DNA of 64,000 bases, from positions 128,001 to 192,000 of the forward strand of contig CAWJYV010000008.1 of NCBI GenBank assembly GCA_963847185.1, written 5' to 3'. The stretch comes from an uncultured Methanosarcinaceae archaeon (lineage in GTDB: Archaea > Halobacteriota > Methanosarcinia > Methanosarcinales > Methanosarcinaceae). Below, in pieces: positions 11,374-21,243 of the stretch. Every line of letters starts with the position of its first letter. The stretch's first letter is position 1. Below the pieces are notes generated by a model that saw nothing but the letters and a program-made list of their open reading frames with translations, was not told the origin of the DNA and did not search any database. The translations under genes were made by a program, and so were the position numbers.

Positions 11374-11685
11374 GGATGAACCTCTTAAAATCGAATCAAA
11401 ATAATATTTCTATTCTTAATAGCGATTTAATCGATATCTTTCCGGGAATTCATCTATAATTTCCGGATCTATTGGAGGTTAATATTTTGATTCGGTTTGA
11501 GTAAAGCGTATAAATCCCCTGATTGCTATTTTTGCTGCAGTTTCCTGCGATTTTACTGGAGAAAGGGTTTCCCAGATTAGAAGTAATCGGGTCTCCGAAA
11601 TCGCAAACAGGAGAAAATAAATTTTACAAATCTAAACGCAATGCTCGATCGGTATTGCGTTTAGAAGAATTCTTTAATATACAAT

Positions 11686-11719
11686 TGTTAACAAGTATAT
11701 ACTTTTCGCCTCGTTAACA
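11686..11719. promoter_or_regulatory. Candidate BirA operator upstream of pycB
   Basis: TGTTAAC-N20-GTTAACA. Half-sites match the BirA consensus but the spacer is longer than the usual 14-16 nt. Confidence 0.35.
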
Positions 11720-11845
11720 TTAAAAAAGTATGGTTTCTCGGGAAAACTCCGGTTTGAATAAAGCTAAAAATCTGAAAAGAACCTTTAGTCTCTAGCAATC
11801 CCTTTTAATCTCTAGATATAAGCTTTTAAACTCACATTTCGCAAA

Positions 11846-12802
11846 TTAAGTTTTTTGCTTTTTTCCCACAAAAAACCATTGATCATAAGTTCCTTCTGAG
11901 TCCGTATTATCTATAATTTCCCCTTTGATCCCTGTCCTGCGCAAGGCATCGGCGAGTATTTCAATTTCAGGCTTGCTACTAACCGTAAATAGCAAAAGAG
12001 CGTTTTCACGTGCAACCTTGACAGCCTCCCTCATAATTCCTGTCCAGAGTTCTTTATTAAACTCATAGACAAGCCCAAGCATAAATCCCATTACCGCATC
12101 AAAGCTCTCAGGCTCAAAGTATTTTGAAAGAACAGTTGCATCCATCACAGTGACTTTTTGCGGGTTAAGAACTCCCTGTTCAAGTCCCTGACAGACCGCA
12201 CATTTGTTAATCTCCACTGCCAGAGGATCCAGTCCAAGCCTGTACAGGGCAAGTGTGGACATCCCATTCCCGCAGCAAACTTCAAGCAGCCTACCTTCAG
12301 GGTAAAGACCCTTTTTTTGAAGAAAATCAAAGATCTCTGCTACCCTCCGTACACGGTTTTCTGAGAAAACATTTCCATATGATTCAGGTCTGACAGTGCA
12401 TCCAGTACAGAGATTCCTACTTACAAGCATCAGTGAATAGTACTCATTCACCGCATCGTGCCAGTGTTCAGAAGAAAGTTCAATGTCCTTTTCAGGAGGA
12501 TTGAAAACAAGAATAGAATCTACCGCCGCCTCAAACTTTTTCTTCAATGGAGCTGTCGCAAAAAATCCCGTAAAAACCGACCAGAAATCCACAGGAACAT
12601 CCTCATCTGCCGGATTGAATAACGCTAGCCCTATTGTATGATCCCCTTCCCTAACCCTGAGAAGCCGCATTCGCCCTTCCTCCGAAAAGTTCCTGATACC
12701 TTCAAGATACTGAAGCGTACGCTGAATAGTTCTCTGGGCGAGATAACTCTCCTCAACGAAGTAGATCTCTTCATCAATGCCTAGGAGTTCCTGTAAAAGC
12801 AT
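11846..12802 (-). CDS. Class I SAM-dependent methyltransferase-like protein
   Basis: LLEVCCGNG motif I, VEIN, VMDA, FDAV. Confidence 0.75.
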   Translation of the reverse strand: MLLQELLGIDEEIYFVEESYLAQRTIQRTLQYLEGIRNFSEEGRMRLLRVREGDHTIGLALFNPADEDVPVDFWSVFTGFFATAPLKKKFEAAVDSILVFNPPEKDIELSSEHWHDAVNEYYSLMLVSRNLCTGCTVRPESYGNVFSENRVRRVAEIFDFLQKKGLYPEGRLLEVCCGNGMSTLALYRLGLDPLAVEINKCAVCQGLEQGVLNPQKVTVMDATVLSKYFEPESFDAVMGFMLGLVYEFNKELWTGIMREAVKVARENALLLFTVSSKPEIEILADALRRTGIKGEIIDNTDSEGTYDQWFFVGKKQKT

Positions 12803-12850
12803 ATTTGTGTAGATCAGGATAATCTCATATCAAGATTTCGAAATTCTAAA

Positions 12851-13062
12851 CCATGAATTAGTCTTCTTGAGCGCAGTGAAAAGGACCGCGTACTGTTGCG
12901 ATTACATCGCAGCTCCCAGAAAATCTCTGATTTTCTGCGATCCCAAGGCGCAATTTGGAAAGCTGAACTCGTAATTCTAATTCATAAATTCGTCCTCTTG
13001 AGCTAGCGAAAAGGACCTCGTGCTCCCGATGCGAAACTCGGGATGCTCAACTCGGAATTTAT
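12851..13062 (+). repeat. Two tandem copies (long + short) of a structured intergenic element
   Basis: Both start CAT(G/A)AATT.GTC.TCTTGAGC...GAAAAGGAC; homologous to 23685-23811. Confidence 0.8.
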
Positions 13063-13250
13063 AAAAATATTTATAGATAAACAAAGAGATAAATAAGCAC
13101 TAAAAGATAAATAAAGGGGAAAATGGGCATTAAAAGCTGAATAAGAGGAAAAAGGAGCCTAGCATAAGCAAAGTTATTTATAGGATCTAATTACAAAATC
13201 AAGGATTAAAAGGAATTAATATCAATAAAAAAAGTAGAATGGAGGATAAT

Positions 13251-13460
13251 ATGGCAAAAGTAATACCATTCGCACCAATAGAACGTTTAATAAGAACAGC
13301 AGGTGCTCACAGGGTAAGTGAAAGTGCAGGAATGGCTCTTACAGAAATTCTTGAAGAGTACGGACTTGATATTTCAAGGGAAGCAATAAAACTCGCAGAG
13401 CATGCAGGCAGAAAAACCGTAAAAGCTGAAGACATTAAATTAGCAAAAGAGATGCTTTGA
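13251..13460 (+). CDS. Archaeal histone (HMf-type)
   Basis: PFAPIERLIRTAGAHRVS...HAGRKTVKAEDI; GGAGG RBS before ATG at 13251. Confidence 0.95.
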   Translation: MAKVIPFAPIERLIRTAGAHRVSESAGMALTEILEEYGLDISREAIKLAEHAGRKTVKAEDIKLAKEML

Positions 13461-13612
13461 GTTAAGAAAGATTCCCTAAAGGTAAATTTCATTAAGATCA
13501 GCCTTTAGGAAAAACAGAAAATGAAATGCTGAAAAACAGCATTTTTCCTATTTTTACTGTTTTGAAAGCTATAATCTGTACAAATTTTGTTATATGCCAG
13601 GTCTTCACTTCA

Positions 13613-14260
13613 TCATGCGCTTTTTGGATCACGCTTGCTCTGAATATATGCGATAATGCCTGGAAGTAATGAAACAATAATTATCCCAAGTATTACAAAG
13701 CTGAAGTTATCTTTTACAACTGGCAAGTTCCCAAAAAAGTATCCTCCTAAAAGGAATGACACTACCCATGCAACTCCCCCAATGACATTATAGCTAATGA
13801 ATGTCGAATAGGGCATTATTCCAATTCCTGCTACAAACGGTGCAAAGGTACGGATAATAGGGACAAATCGGGCTATAATTATCGTTTTTATCCCATGTTT
13901 CTCAAAGAATGCATGTGTACGGTCAAGATGTTCCTGTTTAATAAACCGTATATTTTCACGATTTGCTACTCTATCTCTAAATAAATGACCTATTTGATAA
14001 TTGACAGTATCTCCTGCAATAGCTGCGATACATAGAACAACTAATATGGTAAATAAGTCGAGTGAACCACTCGCAGCCAGAGCTCCAGTTGCGAAGATGA
14101 GAGAATCGCCCGGTAAGAAGGGAGTTATCACCAGCCCTGTCTCACAAAAGACAATAACAAATAACAGTAAATATGTTAATAGACCATACTCACTTGTTAT
14201 TGCACTTAAGTGGGTGTCAAGATGCAAAAATAAATCAATAAAATAACCTGGATCTGTCAT
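13613..14260 (-). CDS. dedA: DedA/SNARE-associated membrane protein
   Basis: ETGLVITPFLPGDSL, ARFVPIIRTFAPFVAG. Confidence 0.92.
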   Translation of the reverse strand: MTDPGYFIDLFLHLDTHLSAITSEYGLLTYLLLFVIVFCETGLVITPFLPGDSLIFATGALAASGSLDLFTILVVLCIAAIAGDTVNYQIGHLFRDRVANRENIRFIKQEHLDRTHAFFEKHGIKTIIIARFVPIIRTFAPFVAGIGIMPYSTFISYNVIGGVAWVVSFLLGGYFFGNLPVVKDNFSFVILGIIIVSLLPGIIAYIQSKRDPKSA

Positions 14261-14345
14261 ATGAACACTTCGATAATAAAATATGTTATTTATATTATTG
14301 GCTGAAAGATTTTCTTATTTCGATTTTTCTTTTCTTAGCATATAC

Positions 14346-14480
14346 TGGAACTCATCCCAAAACCAGTATTATTCTCAAAATCGATAAGAGTTTTAGAACT
14401 ATTTTCCATGATGGAAAACTTATTGATTATCCCTAATTTGAGATTTGGAGACGCAGTTTTGAGTTATGAGATAGGCTCTA
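14346..14480. mobile_element. Possible degenerate MITE remnant
   Basis: Ends TGGAACTCATCCCAAAA and TTATGAGATAGGCTCTA are imperfect inverted repeats (11/17 by hand); no transposase. Confidence 0.3.
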
Positions 14481-14587
14481 TACTAATTCCGTATACTTTA
14501 TTTGTATAAAAAATATAATACAGTGAGGTGTATTTCAATCTTTCCTCAGAGATCTGATATAAGGTCATGTTTGAAGCTCATTGAATA

Positions 14588-15604
14588 TTAATCTGAGTTA
14601 GTAAGTGCAAAATGCGCAAGCAGGGCTTCCAGCTGGATCTTTTCACTAGCTCCCTCAGTGAGCCTGAAATCTATCTCTCCGATTATATCTACAAGTTCTA
14701 CAATTTGCTTTTCGGAGAGCCCCAGGTCCAGCACTAAACTCTTATCCATCTCGGAAACTGCTCTATAAATCTGTCCGATTATATCCTCTCCGGAGAGCCC
14801 TTCTTCGTAGAGCAGTCTGTTGAGTTCCTTCCTGGCAGCTCTAAAGTTTCCAAGTAACGCAGTTTCGATAAGTCTCTTGATTTCTTCAGGGTTTGCGGTT
14901 GCAGTAGTCCTGTAGATGGTTTCTCTGGATATGGGTTTTTCCGGATCGATAAAAGCTGCAGCCTGAAGAGAATTTACGGCTTTTCTCATATCTCCCTGAG
15001 CCACGTAGACAAGAGCTTCATATCCGTCTTCAGTGATTGACAAATCCTGGTCCTGAGCGATATATTCAAGGCGTTTTCGGACTGCGTCACCAGAAAGTCT
15101 CCTGAACCTGTAGACTGCACAGCGAGATTGAATAGGCTCAATTATCTTGGAGGAGTAGTTGCAGGAAAGGATGAAACGACAGTTACTGCTGAAGCGCTCC
15201 ATAGTCCTTCTTAGTGCTGATTGGGCATCCGAGGTCAGTGCATCGGCTTCATCCAGGAAAATTATCTTGAACCCGGCTCCGCCTATAGGAGCAGTTTTCG
15301 CAAAATTTTTAATTTTAGTTCGAACAACATCGATACCTCTCTCATCTGATGCATTGAGTTCGGTAAAGTTTTCACGCCAGAGATCCTCTCCGAAAATCTC
15401 TCTTGCAATAGAAACTGCAGAAGCAGTTTTCCCTACCCCCGGAGGCCCGGAAAAGAGTAGATGAGGGAGATTTTTCGTTGCAACATAGGACTTCAGACGT
15501 TCGATGGTTTCCTCCTGCCCTGCCACCTGGTCCAGCCTGACAGGCCTGTATTTTTCGATCCAGATCTCTTCTTTAATCGTATAGCCCTCCATTAGTGCTT
15601 GCAC
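14588..15604 (-). CDS. rfcS: Replication factor C small subunit
   Basis: [34 protein letters not shown]. Confidence 0.97.
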   Translation of the reverse strand: MQALMEGYTIKEEIWIEKYRPVRLDQVAGQEETIERLKSYVATKNLPHLLFSGPPGVGKTASAVSIAREIFGEDLWRENFTELNASDERGIDVVRTKIKNFAKTAPIGGAGFKIIFLDEADALTSDAQSALRRTMERFSSNCRFILSCNYSSKIIEPIQSRCAVYRFRRLSGDAVRKRLEYIAQDQDLSITEDGYEALVYVAQGDMRKAVNSLQAAAFIDPEKPISRETIYRTTATANPEEIKRLIETALLGNFRAARKELNRLLYEEGLSGEDIIGQIYRAVSEMDKSLVLDLGLSEKQIVELVDIIGEIDFRLTEGASEKIQLEALLAHFALTNSD

Positions 15605-16103
15605 CTTAATTAGAGAATATAATATTTAAACTTTCGAATGTTTACGCTTTTTGCTGTACATCGACTGCATTTCGAAGAACAAAGGATCTGCGAAATTATG
15701 TCAGATAAATTTACAGGAAGCAGTTTCCAGGCAAAAATGAAATCCACAGATAAAAAGGTATGGGACTAAAATCGAAAATCAATTAAAAATGTCGGTCAAT
15801 TAACTTGAGCTCTCAGGGTTATTTGCTTACGTTAACTGAGAATTATTGTTATATTTATTATACTTTTATTATACTTTTTATATTTATTATATTTTATTAT
15901 ATTTTTCCATTATTATCCTGCGGTTTTTCGATCGAACATTTCGGATTTCCGAAAAACATGTGAAACTTAATTCAGAAAGGTTACTCGACTATAGTTTTAT
16001 CAATTTAGTACATTTGAATGCCGATCAAGAATATAGCGGTTATCTTACATAAATTAATTACCTTGAAATCAGTATATTTTAAAATTTTATTTGAGGAGTA
16101 GCT

Positions 16104-17165
16104 ATGGACAAATTAACTGAAGAACTCAAAGAAATGGCTTTAACTCTTGGAGCTTTCAAAGTAGGAATTGTAACTAAAGAAACACTCTCAGGGGGCCCTC
16201 CTTCTGCAGACCTGACTTATGTGCTACCAGAGGCAAAATCAGCTGTTTGCTTTGCACTGGCTTTTGATCAGAGCCTTATCGATCCTTACTTTAAGAAAGA
16301 GGATCATAGGTCCCTCGAAACTAATAAGGTTCGAACCACCACCCTTGCCAACGGGATTGCTCTTGAAATGGCAGGGTTCTTGCAGCAGTATGGATACAAT
16401 GCTGTCCCTCTGGCTGCAAATTTCGTGTATCGGCAGGATACGGAAAACTGGCTGCTGGATATGCACCCTCCTATTTCCCACAGGTATCTTGCGGTCCGCT
16501 CAGGTATAGGGCATTTCGGATATTCAGGAAACGTTATTACAAAGGAATACGGGTCCGCGATTGTCCTGGCGTCTGTCGTTACGGATGCGGAACTAACTCC
16601 AACGGACCCTCTTCCTGAAGAAGAAAACTACTGTGACGAATGTAAACTCTGCCTTTCAGTCTGTTCCTCCGGATATGTGGATCCTGTTGAAAAAGTTACT
16701 GTAACCCTTGGAGGAAAAGAGTTTAGCTACGGAAAGCGAAGAAGCAATAGCCGCTGTTTCCTTGTCTGCGGGGGACTTACAGGCTTGAATTCTTCAGGAA
16801 AGTGGTCCACATGGTCTCCGGCGCGCTTTAAAATCCCCGAAAAAGATGAAGATTTCATTGCTGCACTACCCGGAACTATAGAAGCTTACCTTAAAAGACC
16901 GAAGATAAATGGCGGATTTTTTATATGTCTTATTCCTGGGTCCAGGATGGAATATACCTGTTCTAACTGTCATTTCGTTTGTCATCCTAAAAAAGAAGTC
17001 CGAAAGGCTCGATACAGGATGCTTACGGAAAGCGGTGTGGTTATACAGGAACCTGATGGAACCCGCAGAGCGGTACCTCCTGAAGAGGCAAAAGAATACC
17101 TCAAATCTATGTCTCCGGAAAGAAGAAAGTTATATGAGTCTATTCCAGAAGAAGAGACAGTTTAA
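16104..17165 (+). CDS. QueG/reductive-dehalogenase-like Fe-S protein
   Basis: LPEAKSAV, SHRYLAVRSGIG.FG, VVTDAEL.P, CDECKLCLSVC, later C..C..VC. Confidence 0.75.
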   Translation: MDKLTEELKEMALTLGAFKVGIVTKETLSGGPPSADLTYVLPEAKSAVCFALAFDQSLIDPYFKKEDHRSLETNKVRTTTLANGIALEMAGFLQQYGYNAVPLAANFVYRQDTENWLLDMHPPISHRYLAVRSGIGHFGYSGNVITKEYGSAIVLASVVTDAELTPTDPLPEEENYCDECKLCLSVCSSGYVDPVEKVTVTLGGKEFSYGKRRSNSRCFLVCGGLTGLNSSGKWSTWSPARFKIPEKDEDFIAALPGTIEAYLKRPKINGGFFICLIPGSRMEYTCSNCHFVCHPKKEVRKARYRMLTESGVVIQEPDGTRRAVPPEEAKEYLKSMSPERRKLYESIPEEETV

Positions 17166-17264
17166 AAAGTAGAATTAATTCAAAAAAGGGCAGAACCGAA
17201 AAATGCATGAGTAATTCAAAAAACGTAAATTGCCCTTCTTCAGGAAAATGATCTCTACAAAGGC

Positions 17265-17822
17265 TTAGTCCAGATATACCGTATGCAGGGTTTCATAGAT
17301 AGGACCCTCTGGAGTCAGCGTACTTTTTTTTAATAGCACTTTATCTACTCTCATGCTTCCGAGTTCCACATCTTTGATCTCTTTAATTATATTTATTAAA
17401 TTATTTTTCTGGTCTTTATTGAGGAATTTTATCCTGGCAAGAGTCGCATGAGCGGTAAACTCCCTGTAATCTTTCTCAAATTTAAAAGGCTTAAGCAAAT
17501 TCTCAACATCGCCATGTAAAGCCCTGAAATTTCCGGTTGCACCCAGCCAGAGAACTTTAGGATTTGAGGGTTTTGGGAAAACTCCTATTCCTCCTACCCT
17601 GGCCTCAAAAGGCTCACACATAATAGAGTCAAGAGCTGCAGAAAGAGCTGGAATTCTTGATTCGTCAACATCTCCCAGAAACTTCAATGTTATATGGACA
17701 AGTTCAGGATCAACAAATTTTAGATTAAAATCAAAGAATCTACTCTGAAGTTCCTGAATTTTCTCCCTGAACCCTGGATCTAACTCCACCGCTATAAAAG
17801 TCCTGATCAAAACTTTCACCAA
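17265..17822 (-). CDS. thpR: RNA 2',3'-cyclic phosphodiesterase (2H family)
   Basis: RTFIAV, HITLKFLG and HATLAR 2H motifs, LTPEGPIY. Confidence 0.92.
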   Translation of the reverse strand: MVKVLIRTFIAVELDPGFREKIQELQSRFFDFNLKFVDPELVHITLKFLGDVDESRIPALSAALDSIMCEPFEARVGGIGVFPKPSNPKVLWLGATGNFRALHGDVENLLKPFKFEKDYREFTAHATLARIKFLNKDQKNNLINIIKEIKDVELGSMRVDKVLLKKSTLTPEGPIYETLHTVYLD

Positions 17823-18239
17823 TATGAATTAAAAAAATAACCAGAAAAATCTTCCTATAAGTGTCTTTCCAAAATAGTTATGTTTACTTTTTGTTTTAGT
17901 AGGGATTACAAACCAGGGCATGTATACTTTGAAAAAAATTTGTACAAAATAGATGTTAAAAGGCTTGAAAAAAGAACAATCCGAACTCAAAGCGATTACA
18001 GAGTAATTATAATATATCAGATCTAACGTACAGAAGAATAAATAAGCGTAACTATATATAAAGTAATTACTAATGTTAACCTAAGGAGAATGACGTTAAC
18101 CAAAAATATACAAATTTAAAAAATACAAATTCAAAAATAATCACGTAAAATTAACAAAGCAATATTGGACCAAAAAATAATATTAATTTCAAGAACAAAG
18201 AGGAGAACCGCAAATAAATTGCTGTTATAATAAAAAGCG

Positions 18240-19124
18240 GTGGATCAAATGGAGAAAGCACGTATTATTGCAGAAACGGCAGCCCGGATTTCCATAGAAC
18301 TTAATGCTGCCGCAATCATGGTTTCCGGGGACCTGAGCTTTGAAGGGATCGAAACTGGGGGAGTTCCGGTCTACTATATTTCCCTGCGCCCGAAAAGCAT
18401 GATAGACCATCTGGTATCCACGGGCAAAGATGGAATAAATCCTGTAAAGGAGCTCGGTGACCAGATAAGCCGGGAAGCCTCAAGTAATGCTGATCACCTG
18501 CAACAGGCTGCGGCTATGGAATACGTGCTTGAAGAAGTAAAAAGTGGAGTTGTTATAGGTGTCGTCGAGACTCGTGGCTCCAGTTCGATTATTGTGCATA
18601 ACATCGATGAAAACCCTCTTGTGAAGGCCATGAAGGAATGTCAGGAAAGAATAAAGCCTGAAGTTATGAGTGCAATTATGAAAATCTCTTTTGACATTGC
18701 TCTGGCGGGCAGAGAAGGAAAAAAAATAGGATCTGCCTTTATTGTCGGTGACTCCGAAGAAGTCTTGAAGCGTTCTCACCAGATAATACTTAATCCTTAT
18801 GAAGGTCATGAAAGATCTTATCGGGATGTTCTTGACAAAAGAAATTGGGAGTCGATAAAGGAATTTGCCCAGCTTGATGGAGTTTTCGTGATAGACGAGA
18901 CAGGCTTTATTCATGCGGCAGGGCGCTATCTTGATGTTGATGGGAGAAATGTGGATATTGAAAAAGGGCTAGGTGGAAGGCATGTTTCAGCAGCCGCGAT
19001 CAGCAGAGATACTGTTGCTATTGCTGTCACGATATCCGAGTCAGGTGGAGTGCTTAGAATTTATAAAGATGCAAAAGAAACAATCTGCATGGAAGCATTA
19101 AAAGCTTCGATGAAATACTTTTGA
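18240..19124 (+). CDS. dacZ: Archaeal diadenylate cyclase, DacZ-like
   Basis: GREGKKIG, LNPYEGH, KEFAQLDG, GLGGRH.SAAAIS, ISESGG. Confidence 0.85.
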   Translation: MDQMEKARIIAETAARISIELNAAAIMVSGDLSFEGIETGGVPVYYISLRPKSMIDHLVSTGKDGINPVKELGDQISREASSNADHLQQAAAMEYVLEEVKSGVVIGVVETRGSSSIIVHNIDENPLVKAMKECQERIKPEVMSAIMKISFDIALAGREGKKIGSAFIVGDSEEVLKRSHQIILNPYEGHERSYRDVLDKRNWESIKEFAQLDGVFVIDETGFIHAAGRYLDVDGRNVDIEKGLGGRHVSAAAISRDTVAIAVTISESGGVLRIYKDAKETICMEALKASMKYF

Positions 19125-19296
19125 GTTCTTTAAACCTCATAATTTTTAGTTTTGAGTTCAAAAATCTTTAATTTAGAATATCAAATGACGAACATTTTAA
19201 ATAAAAAAAGAATGATAAACTGTCACATATGTTCGTAAATAACGAAAAATATGTGATTTATAATACTCCTAAAACTGAAGAAAAAAGAGTGATCCC

Positions 19297-20016
19297 ATGA
19301 GAAGGCAACTTTTTTATGTTCCTTTTAGCCTGACATTCTTCCTGCTCTTAATTATTATTATAATTTTCGGACTTGCTTTTCTTTTTTTTGGAGTTATAAT
19401 TTCCGCTTTTATGAAAATTGGATTCTCTCTTGGAGACGCACTTCTCATCCTTTTGTTATCCCTTGTTGGAAGCAGCATCAATATTCCTCTAACAACCCTC
19501 AGATCCGATACTCCTGTGGTTCAGGATAATTATGTCCGCGCTTTTGGCGTTTCTTACAGAGTTCCAATCCGGAAAATCACGAGAAATGGCACAGTACTTG
19601 CCATCAATGTTGGAGGAGCAATAATTCCTGTCCTTATTTCCGCATATCTCCTTACAAGATTCCCTTCGTCTCTTGTTATTGCAGGGACTGGAGTCTTAAT
19701 AGTCGCAGTTATTACATATTCCGTAGCAAGACCAATTAGAGGGATTGGTATAGCAACTCCAGCTCTGATTCCTCCGCTGGCCGCTGCCGTTGTTGCAATA
19801 GTACTGAGCTGGGCCTTTCCGATTCCTGGCTGTCCGGTTGAGCAGTGCCGTGTTGTCACAGCTTACACGGCAGGAGTGCTCGGAACCCTTCTCGGAGCCG
19901 ATATTCTCAATTTGGGAAAAATTAAGAACCTGGGAGCTCCAGTCGCAAGCATAGGGGGAGCAGGAACTTTTGATGGAATATTTTTAAGCGGGTTTATTGC
20001 TCTGCTCCTGATCTAA
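19297..20016 (+). CDS. DUF1614 membrane protein
   Basis: GSSINIP, AINVGGAIIP, GTLLGAD, SIGGAGTFDGIF. Confidence 0.88.
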   Translation: MRRQLFYVPFSLTFFLLLIIIIIFGLAFLFFGVIISAFMKIGFSLGDALLILLLSLVGSSINIPLTTLRSDTPVVQDNYVRAFGVSYRVPIRKITRNGTVLAINVGGAIIPVLISAYLLTRFPSSLVIAGTGVLIVAVITYSVARPIRGIGIATPALIPPLAAAVVAIVLSWAFPIPGCPVEQCRVVTAYTAGVLGTLLGADILNLGKIKNLGAPVASIGGAGTFDGIFLSGFIALLLI

Positions 20017-20157
20017 CAAAAATCATTATCTACAAAAAGAGGAAAAAGAAAAGAGTTAAGTTAGTTAAATCAAAATCCATGGGGTTATATCTCAATTCTA
20101 AAAGGAAAGAATAATTTCCAATAAGAGTTAAAAAGTTAGGGGTTAAAGGGGAACCGC

Positions 20158-21210
20158 TTAACCCCTTACCTTGAAACGGAGTAGAGCTGCGATTCCCCCC
20201 AGTTTGTGAAGCTTTTCCCCTGGTTCAAAAGTTGTGCTGAAAACAACAACATTTCCCTGGGCCTGTTCAACTTCCATGAGGAGTTTGTCAATATCTTCCC
20301 CTTTTTCTCGTCCTTCCCTCAAGGTTTCGTCAGCAATCAGCAGAGTTTCGACAGCTCCGTATCCAAGGGCGTTTTTTACATCTGCAAAACCATATGCTGC
20401 TTTACCGTCCATTGATATTTCCCGGATAAGGTCTTCCATCAGGGCTGATTCTCGGGCTATTCTGGATTCCTGCATAATCCTGTCAACAGCTCCCCTGCGG
20501 AGAACTTCCTGAAAACCGGACATTCCAATCATGGAAGTGTCTTCCGTAAGGGCCCTTGAAGCCATATCAGGCTCAGTTTGCTGGAAATACTTCAGAAAAT
20601 CTTCTTTGGTAAACCCGGGTCCTGCAATAACTATAGATGCCTCCTCGGGAACAGCATGTCTTAGCTGTTCAACAATCTCGCTGAAAAATTCATTCCTCAG
20701 GCTTGTTTCCCTTTTTCCCGATGACTGCCTGATATGGGAATAAATTTCAATTCCGTAATGGTGCACAAAACCAATATCAGCATCTCCTTCCTCTACTGCC
20801 ACCATAACAACTTTAGGGCGTTTGGAAGCCTCTTCAGCGTCCTGAATTCTCTGCAGCTGGTCATTTTTCCAGTGTTCTTTGATGATAGAAAGATTTGTCC
20901 CTATCTCAACGTTAAGAGTATGATAGGAGCCGGCATCCATCCCATGCTCAATAGGCCCATGAATTCGCAGCCTGTTTGCAAATTTATGAAACTCCATTTC
21001 TTCAACCCTGATTCCAAGCCTCACTTTCACTTTCTCGACTTTTTCAGGGCGGATTTTGTCACTTGAAGTATCAGCTTTTCTTTTTGTAAGAGCAAAAACC
21101 ATATCTCCTTTTTCAATTATGTATTTCAGGTGCCAGAGGTCATCAAGGGTCTCAACAGCTACTGCAATTTCCCCTTCTCTCCCTTTAAGAGAACGATTTG
21201 TAACTCTCAT
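20158..21210 (-). CDS. pelA: Ribosome rescue factor Pelota (Dom34)
   Basis: DDLWHL, RLRIHG, YHTLN, IAGPGF.K, LGGIAALLRF. Confidence 0.95.
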   Translation of the reverse strand: MRVTNRSLKGREGEIAVAVETLDDLWHLKYIIEKGDMVFALTKRKADTSSDKIRPEKVEKVKVRLGIRVEEMEFHKFANRLRIHGPIEHGMDAGSYHTLNVEIGTNLSIIKEHWKNDQLQRIQDAEEASKRPKVVMVAVEEGDADIGFVHHYGIEIYSHIRQSSGKRETSLRNEFFSEIVEQLRHAVPEEASIVIAGPGFTKEDFLKYFQQTEPDMASRALTEDTSMIGMSGFQEVLRRGAVDRIMQESRIARESALMEDLIREISMDGKAAYGFADVKNALGYGAVETLLIADETLREGREKGEDIDKLLMEVEQAQGNVVVFSTTFEPGEKLHKLGGIAALLRFKVRG

Positions 21211-21243
21211 ACCTTTTTCACTCCACTTATTTCAATCTCCTTT

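Noticed and set aside
15846-16052. 68-aa Tyr/Phe/Ile-rich ORF
   Set aside because: Artefact of an AT-rich low-complexity promoter region.
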